DNA of 64,000 nucleotides, taken from NCBI RefSeq assembly GCF_039541115.1, contig NZ_BAABFP010000007.1:310001-374000 (forward strand), read 5' to 3'. The notes under the pieces were generated by a model. It was not told the DNA's origin and did no database searches. It saw only the letters and a program-made list of their open reading frames with translations. Numbering within the stretch: the first letter of the stretch is position 1; each line of letters starts with the position of its first letter. Shown piece by piece: positions 47,842 to 57,028 of the stretch. The position numbers were made by a program, and so were the translations under genes. This DNA comes from Angustibacter luteus. GTDB lineage: Bacteria > Actinomycetota > Actinomycetes > Actinomycetales > Angustibacteraceae.

Positions 47842-48137
47842 GGCTTCACCTCAGGGGTGATCGAAGCCATGCTGTTCGGGTTGAGAAGGAGCCGGTAGGC
47901 GACGCTGCCGAGGGTCATGGCCACGTCCCTCTTGCTGAGGGTGATGCCGGGCGGGACGTCGAAGCTCACCTGGTCCTTGCGGCACGCGAGGCAACGCTTC
48001 TCCGGGTGCCCCTCGGCGGCGGCCGCCTGCTCGGCCGCGCAGGGCTCGCCTCCGCCGTCGTAGAAGGTGATCGTGAGCAGCGGCTGCTCGGGCTGGTCCA
48101 GCGGGTCCGGTGTTGCGGCGGGGGCGTCGGCGCTCAC
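47838..48137 (-). CDS. Hypothetical protein
   Basis: Coupled ORF between the ParB genes. Confidence 0.5.
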   Translation of the reverse strand: MSADAPAATPDPLDQPEQPLLTITFYDGGGEPCAAEQAAAAEGHPEKRCLACRKDQVSFDVPPGITLSKRDVAMTLGSVAYRLLLNPNSMASITPEVKP

Positions 48138-49582
48138 AGCGACTCCACGACGTCTTCGACGGGCGCGGGCAGCCGCGCCTGGATCTCGTCGGCGAGCGCC
48201 GTCAGCTGGGTGGTCTCCCACTCGCTGGGCTCGTAGCCGAGCGCGGTGAGCAGGCCGTACCAGGCGCTGATGCGTGCGGCGTTGTAGACGTCCCAGCGGC
48301 CGCTGCGGGACTGCACGTCGGTCGCGATCTGCGCGGCGCAGGACCCGAGCGCGATGCCGATCGGGCGGGTGCTGTCGATCAGCTGCACCTGCAGCCAGTC
48401 GTCCATCTCCGGCCGGTCGTCGCCGGCCTCGTCGGCCGCGACCTCAGCGAGCTCCCAGTCACGGAGCAGTGCCACCTGGGCCAGCCACCGGCTGTCGATG
48501 AACAGCTCGCTGTTCAGGTGCAGCTGCAGGTGGACTCGGCACACCTCCGCGGCCTGGTCGGCGGTGAGCTTCTGCGTGCCGGTGACGAACGGGGTAAGGA
48601 ACGCGTCGCGGAGCGCGGCCGCGGTTGCGGCGTCTTCGCGCCACTGGTCGGCGGCGGCCTCGCGCTCGACCTGCTCCGGGGTGCGGTCCGGGAACGACGG
48701 TGCCGGGGCCTGGTCGTCGATCGTGGTCTGTCGGTGCTGCAGCGACGCCTCCGTGCAGACGTACTCGACGGTGCTGTCGGCGAGCAGCAGCGCGGCGTGC
48801 CCGGGGCAGTCGATGTGCTCGGCCGGGTCGATGCCCAGCGAGTAGTGCACGTTCCGCTCCGACCGGAGCGGCGCGACGACGTCCTGCCGCGTGTACGGGT
48901 AGCCCTCCGGCCGTTCGATCACGCGCACGCCGTCAGCCTCGAGCGCGGCGGTCGCCTTGGCCGCGGCCTTGGCCTCGTCGCGCCGACGCTTCGCGGCGGT
49001 GACCTCCCACGCGAACCTGCTGTCGCCGATCCACCGCTCGAGGCGGTCGTACACCTCGACGTCGTCGACGAACTCGGACAGGGCGATCGCGTCGGCGATC
49101 GCGATCTGTCCGTCCGCCACGCTGTGGCGAGCCTTGTCGCCGAGCTTGGTGAGCTTGAGGCGGTCGCGGACGTAGGTCGCAGCCCGTCCCGTGGCCTTGG
49201 CCACGATCTTCTGCGTGTACCCCGGGAAGGTGAGCAGCTGCTGGTAGGCGTCGGCCTCGTCGACGGGCGAGAGGTCCGCGCGGTGCCCGTTCTCGATGAG
49301 CATCGCCTCGAGCTGCTTCGGGAGGTCGTCGAGGTCGGCGCGCACGACGACCGGGATCTGCTTGAGGCCGGCGAGCTTGGCGGCCGCGAGCCGGCGGTGG
49401 CCGGCGATCAGCAGGTACGGCGTCTTGGCCAGGCTGGTCGGGGCGACGACCAGGGGCTCGAGGATGCCCTGCTCACGGATCGAGTCGGCCAGCTCGGTCA
49501 GGTCGCCGAGCTCGGTGCGGACGTTGTCGCCGTGGGGCTTGATCTTGCCGGGGGAGACCAGCTCGAGGGTGGGTGCAGTCAT
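48134..49582 (-). CDS. ParB/RepB/Spo0J-family protein 1
   Basis: KPHGDNVR, GILEPLVV, LIAGHRRLAAA, LIENGHRADLSPVDEA. Confidence 0.88.
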   Translation of the reverse strand: MTAPTLELVSPGKIKPHGDNVRTELGDLTELADSIREQGILEPLVVAPTSLAKTPYLLIAGHRRLAAAKLAGLKQIPVVVRADLDDLPKQLEAMLIENGHRADLSPVDEADAYQQLLTFPGYTQKIVAKATGRAATYVRDRLKLTKLGDKARHSVADGQIAIADAIALSEFVDDVEVYDRLERWIGDSRFAWEVTAAKRRRDEAKAAAKATAALEADGVRVIERPEGYPYTRQDVVAPLRSERNVHYSLGIDPAEHIDCPGHAALLLADSTVEYVCTEASLQHRQTTIDDQAPAPSFPDRTPEQVEREAAADQWREDAATAAALRDAFLTPFVTGTQKLTADQAAEVCRVHLQLHLNSELFIDSRWLAQVALLRDWELAEVAADEAGDDRPEMDDWLQVQLIDSTRPIGIALGSCAAQIATDVQSRSGRWDVYNAARISAWYGLLTALGYEPSEWETTQLTALADEIQARLPAPVEDVVESL

Positions 49583-49632
49583 GGCTGGGTTGCCTTCCGT
49601 GTGCAGTCGGGTGGTGCGGAACAGTTGCGTGG

Positions 49633-49965
49633 TCAGCCCTGCCTGCGGCGGCGCAGGTCGAGGACGACGACGTTGGGGTAGTACTTCGCGAGCTCGTCGA
49701 TGTCGGTGGGCGGGCGGCGGCGTCCCGCGGCCGCCTTGCAGGTCGCGAAGTGCGGCATGCCCCGCCACTGGCCCGGGAGGATCTCGACGTCCTCGGTGAC
49801 GACGCGGGCGAACACAGAGCCGTTGTGGTCGCGGCCGATCTGCAGGTTCGCGCGGCCGTCGTCCGGCTCGTACCGGTCGGGATCGACGGGCATCCGGTTG
49901 CGCCCCGGCAACGTCAGCGCCCAGATGACGTCCGCGCCGCACGCCTGGCACAGGCCGTAGCTCAT
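49633..49965 (-). CDS. Phage Zn-ribbon protein
   Basis: CQACGADVIWA...MPVDP...PHFATC, a common phage family pattern. Confidence 0.7.
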   Translation of the reverse strand: MSYGLCQACGADVIWALTLPGRNRMPVDPDRYEPDDGRANLQIGRDHNGSVFARVVTEDVEILPGQWRGMPHFATCKAAAGRRRPPTDIDELAKYYPNVVVLDLRRRRQG

Positions 49966-50711
49966 GACCCACCGACCACGGTCGACTCGTGACCGGTGGC
50001 CAGCTGAGCCAGCGCGGCGAAGAACGCGTACTGCACCGGGGAGCTCAGCGACTCGTCGGCATCGATGATGGCGGCCACGATCGCGCGAGCCATGTCGTCG
50101 CAGTCGTTGGTGTGCGCGGCAATCACGCGCATCGCGGCCAGCGCGCCCTTGCCGGTAGGGGAGTCGGCCACCGCGGCGTCAGGGTCGTCCGCCTTGCGTC
50201 CGTTCTGCAGCGAGATGAACGGCCGCGCGTGCGAACCAGCCTGGTAACCCCACGCCTCGCGGGCACGCTCGGCCAGCTCGAGGCAGACGACCACGATCTC
50301 TTCGTCGACCAGGCCCTGGAACAGCAGCCGGTCCCAGGCGCGAGCCGTTGCCTTCGTCGAGCCAGTGCCGGCTGCCTGCATCAGCCGCGCGAACGCCACC
50401 TGCACTGGCAGCGGTGCGTCGGTGACCTGCGCCCAGTCGTGGCGCGCCGTCCGCGGCCGCGAAGTCGTGGGCGGCAGCGGCTTCGCGCCGGGCGGGTAGC
50501 AGGACGAGTCGATCTCCGGCAGCGGGTCGCCCGGCTCGGCGCTGCGCTCGTTACGGCGTGCCGCGTGACGAGCACCCGGCTGCGAGTACTGCCGCCGCCA
50601 GCAGACGCCGGCGTACACGAACGCTGCGACCGACGAGACGAGGAAGCCGGCGGCCAGCCACCCGAACACGACGCGCAGGTGGTCGAGCTGCGCATACTCG
50701 GCCGGCGTCAT
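49962..50711 (-). CDS. Hypothetical protein with N-terminal TM helix
   Basis: ATGA coupling on both sides. Confidence 0.55.
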   Translation of the reverse strand: MTPAEYAQLDHLRVVFGWLAAGFLVSSVAAFVYAGVCWRRQYSQPGARHAARRNERSAEPGDPLPEIDSSCYPPGAKPLPPTTSRPRTARHDWAQVTDAPLPVQVAFARLMQAAGTGSTKATARAWDRLLFQGLVDEEIVVVCLELAERAREAWGYQAGSHARPFISLQNGRKADDPDAAVADSPTGKGALAAMRVIAAHTNDCDDMARAIVAAIIDADESLSSPVQYAFFAALAQLATGHESTVVGGS

Positions 50712-50962
50712 GACGTGCTCGCCTGGTAGTGCTCGGTCGCCCGCAGCGTCCACTGCTCCGTCGTGCGCAGCTCGTTGAACGCGAGGATCGGGTCACCGGC
50801 AGCCATCGCCGCTCGCGCCCGCTGCAGGTGCCGGTCCGCGAGCGCCGTGCACTGCATCGCCATCGTCAGCGAACGCGAGCGGCGCCAGCGCGACTCGGGC
50901 GTAGAGACCAGGACGTCGAGGCCGCGGCGCAGCGGCGGGGCCGGGGGGCCGGGTGGGTACAT
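50708..50962 (-). CDS. Hypothetical protein
   Basis: AGGAG RBS. Confidence 0.55.
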   Translation of the reverse strand: MYPPGPPAPPLRRGLDVLVSTPESRWRRSRSLTMAMQCTALADRHLQRARAAMAAGDPILAFNELRTTEQWTLRATEHYQASTS

Positions 50963-50992
50963 GACGTCTCCTCGTGCAGTAGGAGCGGGTGG

Positions 50993-51121
50993 TCAGGCGG
51001 CGAACGCGACTTCGAGGCGGGCGAGCAGTGCGGCCTGCTCGGCCTCGCACGCGAGGCGCTCGTCCTTGGTCGCGTGGAAGTGGGCGACCATGAGCGGCGC
51101 GGTGTGCAGGTCGACGTTCAC
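50993..51121 (-). CDS. 42-aa early protein ending in -AFAA
   Basis: GTGA overlap with the upstream stop; (M)NVDLHTAPLMVAHFHATKDERLACEAEQAALLARLEVAFAA*. Confidence 0.55.
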   Translation of the reverse strand: MNVDLHTAPLMVAHFHATKDERLACEAEQAALLARLEVAFAA

Positions 51122-51543
51122 CGGGCGCCACCGCGGTTGATGCGCTCGACCGAGCGGGCCATCTCGATGGCCAGGCGCTCGTCGCGCTCGTCGTCGTCGA
51201 TGAAACCCAGGGGCGTCGAGGCCGTGCGCGTGCCCGCGGCGACGCGCTCCGGCGATCGGAGCAGCAGGTCGGACAGGTGCTCGGCCAGGACGGCGAGCTC
51301 GTTCTCCGCGAGCGCCCTGACCGTGTCCCGGGCGAGCTCAGTGCCGAACGCACCGGCACCGGTCAGGACCGAGCGCACGCTCTGGATCCGCTGCAGCACG
51401 TGGTCGCGCTCCTCGCGGTAAGCCCGAGCCTGAGCCTGCGGGGACACCGGGAACCGCACCGGACCGGCTGCGGCCCTGCTCGCCCGGTCGTCGATCACGT
51501 GCGCGAGAGACGACGGGAGCGGCGCGGCCGCGTCGGTGCTCAC
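51118..51543 (-). CDS. Hypothetical early protein
   Basis: Coupled to the cro-like gene. Confidence 0.6.
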   Translation of the reverse strand: MSTDAAAPLPSSLAHVIDDRASRAAAGPVRFPVSPQAQARAYREERDHVLQRIQSVRSVLTGAGAFGTELARDTVRALAENELAVLAEHLSDLLLRSPERVAAGTRTASTPLGFIDDDERDERLAIEMARSVERINRGGAR

Positions 51544-51731
51544 GCCGACTCCCGGCCGGCAGCGAGCGCCTCGACGTCCGACCGGCGAATCAGGAACGCG
51601 CCGTTGGGACCGGGCAACTGCCCAACGGCGCGGAGCTTGCCGGCCTGGATCATCCGGACGACCGTGCGGCCGCTCTTGCCCAGGCGGAGACCGGCCTGAG
51701 TGCTCGTGAGCAGTTCCTCGGTTTGAGTCAT
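51540..51731 (-). CDS. Cro/excisionase-like HTH DNA-binding protein
   Basis: LLTSTQAGLRLGKSGRTVVRMIQAGKLRA...FLIRRSDVEAL; divergent from the repressor. Confidence 0.85.
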   Translation of the reverse strand: MTQTEELLTSTQAGLRLGKSGRTVVRMIQAGKLRAVGQLPGPNGAFLIRRSDVEALAAGRESA

Positions 51732-51838
51732 AGCCTCAGACTGTGAGGCAATGACTCATGTCTGTCAAGAACCCATCGCGATAGATTTCTCGTTCAGAGA
51801 GGTTGACGCATGTCAGACGTGTGCCCCATCATGAGCGC
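51724..51838. promoter_or_regulatory. Divergent immunity switch region (promoters and operators)
   Basis: Rightward TTGACG(51803)...CATCAT; leftward TTGACA(51768)...CAGTCT; inverted pair TGAGTCATAGCCTCA / TGAGGCAATGACTCA. Confidence 0.75.
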
Positions 51839-52185
<347 letters not shown>

Positions 52186-52231
52186 AACGAGGGAAGAGGT
52201 TACCAGCCAGATGCCGTGACCCTGAAATCGG

Positions 52232-52438
52232 TCAGGCCTCGTCCCACCAGGCCTGCTCGGGGGCGCCCTCGGCGTCCAGGATCTGCTGGCTGTCCGGGCC
52301 CTGGGGCTCGGTGAGGTCCATGAGCAGCGACAACGGCACGTGCTCGCCGAGCAGGTCCTTGACGGTCTCCGCGGGCTCCATGATCGCGACGTGCTCGGCG
52401 ATGCGGTCCGAGGGTGCGGCGGGCTTGCTGTCGTGCAT
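52232..52438 (-). CDS. Small conserved actinobacterial hypothetical protein
   Basis: GGAGG RBS; HVPLSLLMDL..P.GPDS..I...EG. Confidence 0.6.
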   Translation of the reverse strand: MHDSKPAAPSDRIAEHVAIMEPAETVKDLLGEHVPLSLLMDLTEPQGPDSQQILDAEGAPEQAWWDEA

Positions 52439-52639
52439 GTCGGCCTCCCTTGTTCGGTGTTCTCGCGGCCGGGGTCTCCGGCCTGCTAGTGAATGATCGG
52501 CATGTCATTTCGCCGACTTGACCGATCTGCGACTCGAATGGATGTGATCTGCTTCGCACTGCAACTAGCCGTCGGAGGCGATGAGTCGAGATCGGGAGGA
52601 CAGTCAAGACACCGACATCCCCGAACGAGAGGAGCCGTC

Positions 52640-53023
52640 GTGCTCCAGGACTCGAAGGCATTCAGCGGTTTCGCCGTGGACGACGTCGAGCGGGCGCGGG
52701 CCTTCTACGTGGACGTGCTCGGGCTCGACGCGAGCATCGACGGCGAGATGGGCCTGCTGCGGCTCAACCTCGGCGGCGGGCTCTCCGTGCTCGTCTACCC
52801 GAAGCCGAACTACGTCCCTGCCACCTACACCGTGCTGAACTTCCCCGTGCCGGACGTGACGGCCACCGTGCGCGGGCTGGCCGAGCGCGGCGTCCAGTTC
52901 ACCCGGTACGACGGCTTCAGCCAGGACGAGGACGGCATCGTTCGCGGGCAGCCCGGACCGGCCATCGCCTGGTTCACCGATCCCGCCGGCAACATCATGT
53001 CCGTGCTGGAGGCCAGCGACTGA
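52640..53023 (+). CDS. VOC/glyoxalase family protein
   Basis: AFSGFAVDDVERARAFY, PATYTVLNF, IAWFTDPAGN. Confidence 0.88.
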   Translation: MLQDSKAFSGFAVDDVERARAFYVDVLGLDASIDGEMGLLRLNLGGGLSVLVYPKPNYVPATYTVLNFPVPDVTATVRGLAERGVQFTRYDGFSQDEDGIVRGQPGPAIAWFTDPAGNIMSVLEASD

Positions 53024-53097
53024 CCGGCGCTCCCCGGCATCGCGCCACGGCTTCCTGCGATGGGCTCCACGTCCATTCGGGCCTCGCCCTGGCTAGG

Positions 53098-53730
53098 GTG
53101 GCGCGCATGTCGTCGCTGGTGGAGCGCCTGGGTCCCACGGCGATCATCAGCTTCCGGACCAACCCCGCCGGCGTCCCGGCGACCCTGGTGACGAGCCCCG
53201 GAGCCTCGTCCGCGCAGTCGGCGTTGACCTACCAGCTGTCCGGGCCCGTGCCCGTCCTCCCGGCTCGGGCCGAGACCGTGCACTGCCTCAGCGGGGCCGG
53301 CAACTGGTCCACGACCGTGCGGGAGGTTCGCCCCGACGTCCTGCTGCTGGATCCGCCGCCGTGGCTGGTGCGCAGCCAGCAGCGCAAGGCCGTGCGCGTC
53401 GAGGTGTCGGTCCCGGTGACGCTGGACAAGGGGCGCGGGCCGGTCGCCGCCCGGCTGGTCGACCTGACTGCCGGCGGCGGCGGCGCCGTCCTGGAGGCCG
53501 CGACTGCTCCGCTGGTGGGTGCGCAGGTGAGCGTCCGGCTGCCGACCGGCGCCTCGCTCGTCGCCACCGTCCGTTCCCGGCGCGGCCACGACCACCGGCT
53601 CCTGCGGGTGGTGGGCCTGGAGTGGACCGATCCCGATGCGTCCAGCGCGCACTGGATCGAGCGTGAGGTCGCCCGCGCGACGCGAGCGGCGGGACGACCT
53701 CGCGCTCAGGCCAGGGAGAACGGCGGGTAG
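53098..53730 (+). CDS. PilZ-domain protein
   Basis: QQRKAVR (RxxxR) and DLTAGG (D/NxSxxG-like). Confidence 0.65.
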   Translation: MARMSSLVERLGPTAIISFRTNPAGVPATLVTSPGASSAQSALTYQLSGPVPVLPARAETVHCLSGAGNWSTTVREVRPDVLLLDPPPWLVRSQQRKAVRVEVSVPVTLDKGRGPVAARLVDLTAGGGGAVLEAATAPLVGAQVSVRLPTGASLVATVRSRRGHDHRLLRVVGLEWTDPDASSAHWIEREVARATRAAGRPRAQARENGG

Positions 53731-54365
53731 CGGTCCGTGACCAGCAGGAACGCGTACGCCTCGACGCGCAGCCACCAGCGGCCGACGCCGACCACGAAGT
53801 CGAACAGCCCGCGCGGGTAGCGGCCGGTGAACAGGATCGCGAACCAGGCGATCACGACCGCGAAGAAGGCCGCGATGGACAGGAAGAACAGCGCGATCAG
53901 GTGCGGGATCGCGAGCAGCCACTTGACCAGCGGCAGCCAGCGGTTGAGGTCACCCTCGACGTCCGGGTAGTCGACGTCCAGGTGGACGCTTTGCTCCTCC
54001 ACCGTGGACGGGTAGGTGTCCGTGAGCAGCGCGAAGTACGCGCCGACGCGGGCGCTGAAGCGGGCGAGCTCGAGCGCGAAGTCGAACCACCAGCGCGGGT
54101 AGCGCCGGCGGAACAGGATCATCAGCAGGGTCGCGAGGAACAGGCCGGCGCCGATGCCTCCGCTCGTGGTGCTCACGACGTTCCCGGCCTCGTCGTAGAC
54201 GGTCCTGGTAGCGCCGGTGGTGAGCACGCCGATGACGATCGCGATCGGGATGACCAGGATGAGACGGAAGGCGGTCTTCACCCGGTCGAGCCGTTCCGGG
54301 TAGTCGACCTGCAGGCGTGCCGCGAAGCCGGGGGAGGGCAGGACGGGCGGGCCGGTGTCAGCCAT
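53706..54365 (-). CDS. DUF4389 membrane protein
   Basis: YPRWWFDF, LNRWLPLVKWLLAIPH, TDRYPPFSL. Confidence 0.85.
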   Translation of the reverse strand: MADTGPPVLPSPGFAARLQVDYPERLDRVKTAFRLILVIPIAIVIGVLTTGATRTVYDEAGNVVSTTSGGIGAGLFLATLLMILFRRRYPRWWFDFALELARFSARVGAYFALLTDTYPSTVEEQSVHLDVDYPDVEGDLNRWLPLVKWLLAIPHLIALFFLSIAAFFAVVIAWFAILFTGRYPRGLFDFVVGVGRWWLRVEAYAFLLVTDRYPPFSLA

Positions 54366-54451
54366 GGCGGTCAGCTTTCTGTCGTGGGACCCCGGTGTAC
54401 CGCGGCTGCCGTCCCACGTCTAGGTGGTGATCGCTGCGGCCGGGAGGACGG

Positions 54452-55744
54452 TCAGGCCAGGGCGTAGTAGCGCAGCCACAGGTAGACCCAGCTGACGGCG
54501 ACGGTGACGGTCGCGACGACCAGGCCGTACCTGGTGAAGCGCCAGAACGAGATGGGGTGACCGTTCTTGGCGGCGATGCCGATGATGACGACGTTCGCGC
54601 TGGCGCCCACGGCCGTGGCGTTCCCACCCAGGTCGGCGCCCAGGGCCAGCGCCCACCACAGGGCGCGGGCCGGGGGCGCGTTGCCGCCGGCCTGCACGAG
54701 GTCCTGGACGAGTGGAGCCATGGTGGCCACGTACGGGATGTTGTCCACGATCCCGGACAGGACCGCAGAGCCCCAGAGCAGCACGGACGACGCGAGCAGG
54801 TACCGGTCGCCCACGGCGTCGGTGACGGCGGAGCCGAGGCGGCCGATGACGCCGACCTCGACGAGGGCGCCGACCATGATGAACAGCCCGACGAAGAAGA
54901 CCAGGGTGGCCCACTCGACCTCCTCGAGGAACTGCGGCGGGTCGAGCCCGGACAGCGCGACGAGGGCGCCGGCCCCCAGCAGGGCGACGAGCGAGGGTTC
55001 GAGGTGCAGCGCCGAGTGCGCCACGAACCCGATCATCACCGCGGTCAGGACGACGCCGCAGCGCACCAGCAGCCGGCGGTCCCGGATGACCTCGCGCTCG
55101 TCGAGGGCCATCAGGGCCGCGACCCGGTCGGCGTCGTAGGTGAAGGCCGAACGGAAGAGCACCCGGCACAGCCCGATGAACACGACGACCAGGACGACGA
55201 CGACGGGCAGCAGGTGCACGAGGAAGTCGTTGAACGACAGGCCGGAGCGGCTGGCGATGATGATGTTCGGTGGATCGCCGATGAGCGTGGCCGTGCCGCC
55301 GATGTTCGACGCCATCGCCTCCACGATGAGGAACGGCACCGGCGCCAGGGCCAGGCGTTCGCAGATCAGCAGCGTGACGGGCGCCATCAGCAGGACCGTG
55401 GTGACGTTGTCCAGCAACGCGGAGGCGACGGCCGTGATGACGATGAGCATGACCATGGTCGGGAAGGGGCGCCCGCGGGTGCGCTTGGCCGCCCAGATCG
55501 CCAGGTAGTCGAAGACCCCGGTCTGCTTGACCACGCTCACGATGATCATCATCCCGAGCAGCAGGAAGATGACGTTCCAGTCGACGCCGGTGCGCTCGCT
55601 GTAGAACGCGACGTGCGCGTCGACGACCCCGAGGAGCACCATGCCTGCCGCGCCGGCCAGGGCAGCGGCGACGCGGTGGATCCGTTCGGTCGCGATCAGC
55701 ACGTACGCGGCCACGAACACCGCGACGACGAGGACCTCGGTCAC
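54452..55744 (-). CDS. ArsB/NhaD (IT superfamily) transporter
   Basis: SALLDNVTTVLL, SNIGGTATLIGDPPN, DNIPY, GADLGGNATAVGASAN. Confidence 0.9.
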   Translation of the reverse strand: MTEVLVVAVFVAAYVLIATERIHRVAAALAGAAGMVLLGVVDAHVAFYSERTGVDWNVIFLLLGMMIIVSVVKQTGVFDYLAIWAAKRTRGRPFPTMVMLIVITAVASALLDNVTTVLLMAPVTLLICERLALAPVPFLIVEAMASNIGGTATLIGDPPNIIIASRSGLSFNDFLVHLLPVVVVLVVVFIGLCRVLFRSAFTYDADRVAALMALDEREVIRDRRLLVRCGVVLTAVMIGFVAHSALHLEPSLVALLGAGALVALSGLDPPQFLEEVEWATLVFFVGLFIMVGALVEVGVIGRLGSAVTDAVGDRYLLASSVLLWGSAVLSGIVDNIPYVATMAPLVQDLVQAGGNAPPARALWWALALGADLGGNATAVGASANVVIIGIAAKNGHPISFWRFTRYGLVVATVTVAVSWVYLWLRYYALA

Positions 55745-56199
55745 GAGGGCAGCAGGTGCTCGAGCAGGCGGCTGACCGTGATCGCCCCGACCACGTGCCG
55801 CTCACCGTCGTCGTCGACGACTGCGACGACCGGGCTGTGCATGCGCGCCATGACCGCCGCCACCTCCAGGCTGGTCGCGTCGGCGTCCACGACAGGCAGC
55901 TCGTCCACGTCCTGCGGGCGCGGCAGGAGGTCGCGCACCGTGCTGGCGACCAGCTTGTGGCACAGGTCGTCCGCAGCCTGTTCGTCGAGGGCGCCCGCCA
56001 ACCCAGGGTCGTCCTGGATGTAGCGCGGGATCAGGAACCGCAGCACCTGCGAACCCGGCAGGATCGTGTACGGGCGGCCGCCGGCGTCGCAGACGATGAG
56101 GCCGGGCAGGCGTTGCCCCGCCATGGCTCGGGCCGCGGACATCGCCTCGTCGTCCAGCGAGACGATCGGGAAGGGTTCGGCAAGTTCTCTGGCGCGCAC
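55741..56199 (-). CDS. CBS-domain protein
   Basis: Tandem CBS pattern; LPGSQVLR; coupled to the transporter. Confidence 0.8.
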   Translation of the reverse strand: MRARELAEPFPIVSLDDEAMSAARAMAGQRLPGLIVCDAGGRPYTILPGSQVLRFLIPRYIQDDPGLAGALDEQAADDLCHKLVASTVRDLLPRPQDVDELPVVDADATSLEVAAVMARMHSPVVAVVDDDGERHVVGAITVSRLLEHLLPS

Positions 56200-56373
56200 C
56201 TGAGGCTCCTGGTCTCGGACAGCAAGCAGACGTTGCCGACCAGACTTCCCGGCGCACCACCTGGCACCCTAGCGCAGCGGGGGCGACGGGCTCCTTGACC
56301 TGCGCCAGGTACCCGGAGCACCGTGGGGTCCGGTCGCCGCCGTGTGCCGCGGCCGCAACCGAGGGAGACGTGG

Positions 56374-56841
56374 ATGAGCAGCCCACCGGTCCGGCCTGGG
56401 GAGATGAGACTCGAGGTCGTCGTCCTACCGGTCTCCGACGTCGATCGGGCGAAGGACTTCTACGAGACGTTGGGGTGGCGTCTGGACGCCGACCTCGTCG
56501 TCCACGACGGGTACCGGGTGGTCCAGCTGACGCCTCCGGGCTCCGGCTGCTCGATCATCTTCGGTGTCGGGGTCACCTCGGCCCCAGCCGGCTCGGGTGA
56601 AGGCCTTCAACTCTCCGTCTACGACATCGACGAGGCGCGGGCCGACCTCGTCGCCCGCGGGGTCGACGTCAGCGAACCGTTCCATGACGTCACGGGCATC
56701 TTCCATCACGCGGGGACCGAGGGACGCCTGGACGGCCCTGCCCCAGGACGTTCCGACTACGGCTCGTTCGCGTCCTTCTCCGACCCGGACGGCAATGGCT
56801 GGCTGCTCCAAGAGATCAAGACCCGGTTGCCGGGTCGCTGA
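56374..56841 (+). CDS. VOC/glyoxalase family protein
   Basis: LEVVVLPVSDVDRAKDFY, VQLTPPGSGCSI, FSDPDGNGWLLQE. Confidence 0.88.
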   Translation: MSSPPVRPGEMRLEVVVLPVSDVDRAKDFYETLGWRLDADLVVHDGYRVVQLTPPGSGCSIIFGVGVTSAPAGSGEGLQLSVYDIDEARADLVARGVDVSEPFHDVTGIFHHAGTEGRLDGPAPGRSDYGSFASFSDPDGNGWLLQEIKTRLPGR

Positions 56842-56851
56842 GGAGTTCCGC

Positions 56852-57019
56852 ATGGGCACGACCTACGAGTCCGCGAGCGATCTCGCCCAGGCCCTGCGGC
56901 GGGCCGCGGCCGCGCACGGCGAGCACGAGGAGCGAACGGGCGAAGCGGATCCGGACTGGCCGGACTGGTACGCGCTCTTCATGGTGCGTGAGCGCGCTGG
57001 CGAGGAGCTGCCGACGTAG
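56852..57019 (+). CDS. Small protein (glyoxalase-associated C-terminal module)
   Basis: AGGAG RBS; ALRRAAAAHGEHEERTGEADPDWPDWYA. Confidence 0.7.
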   Translation: MGTTYESASDLAQALRRAAAAHGEHEERTGEADPDWPDWYALFMVRERAGEELPT

Positions 57020-57028
57020 CGGTCGCCG

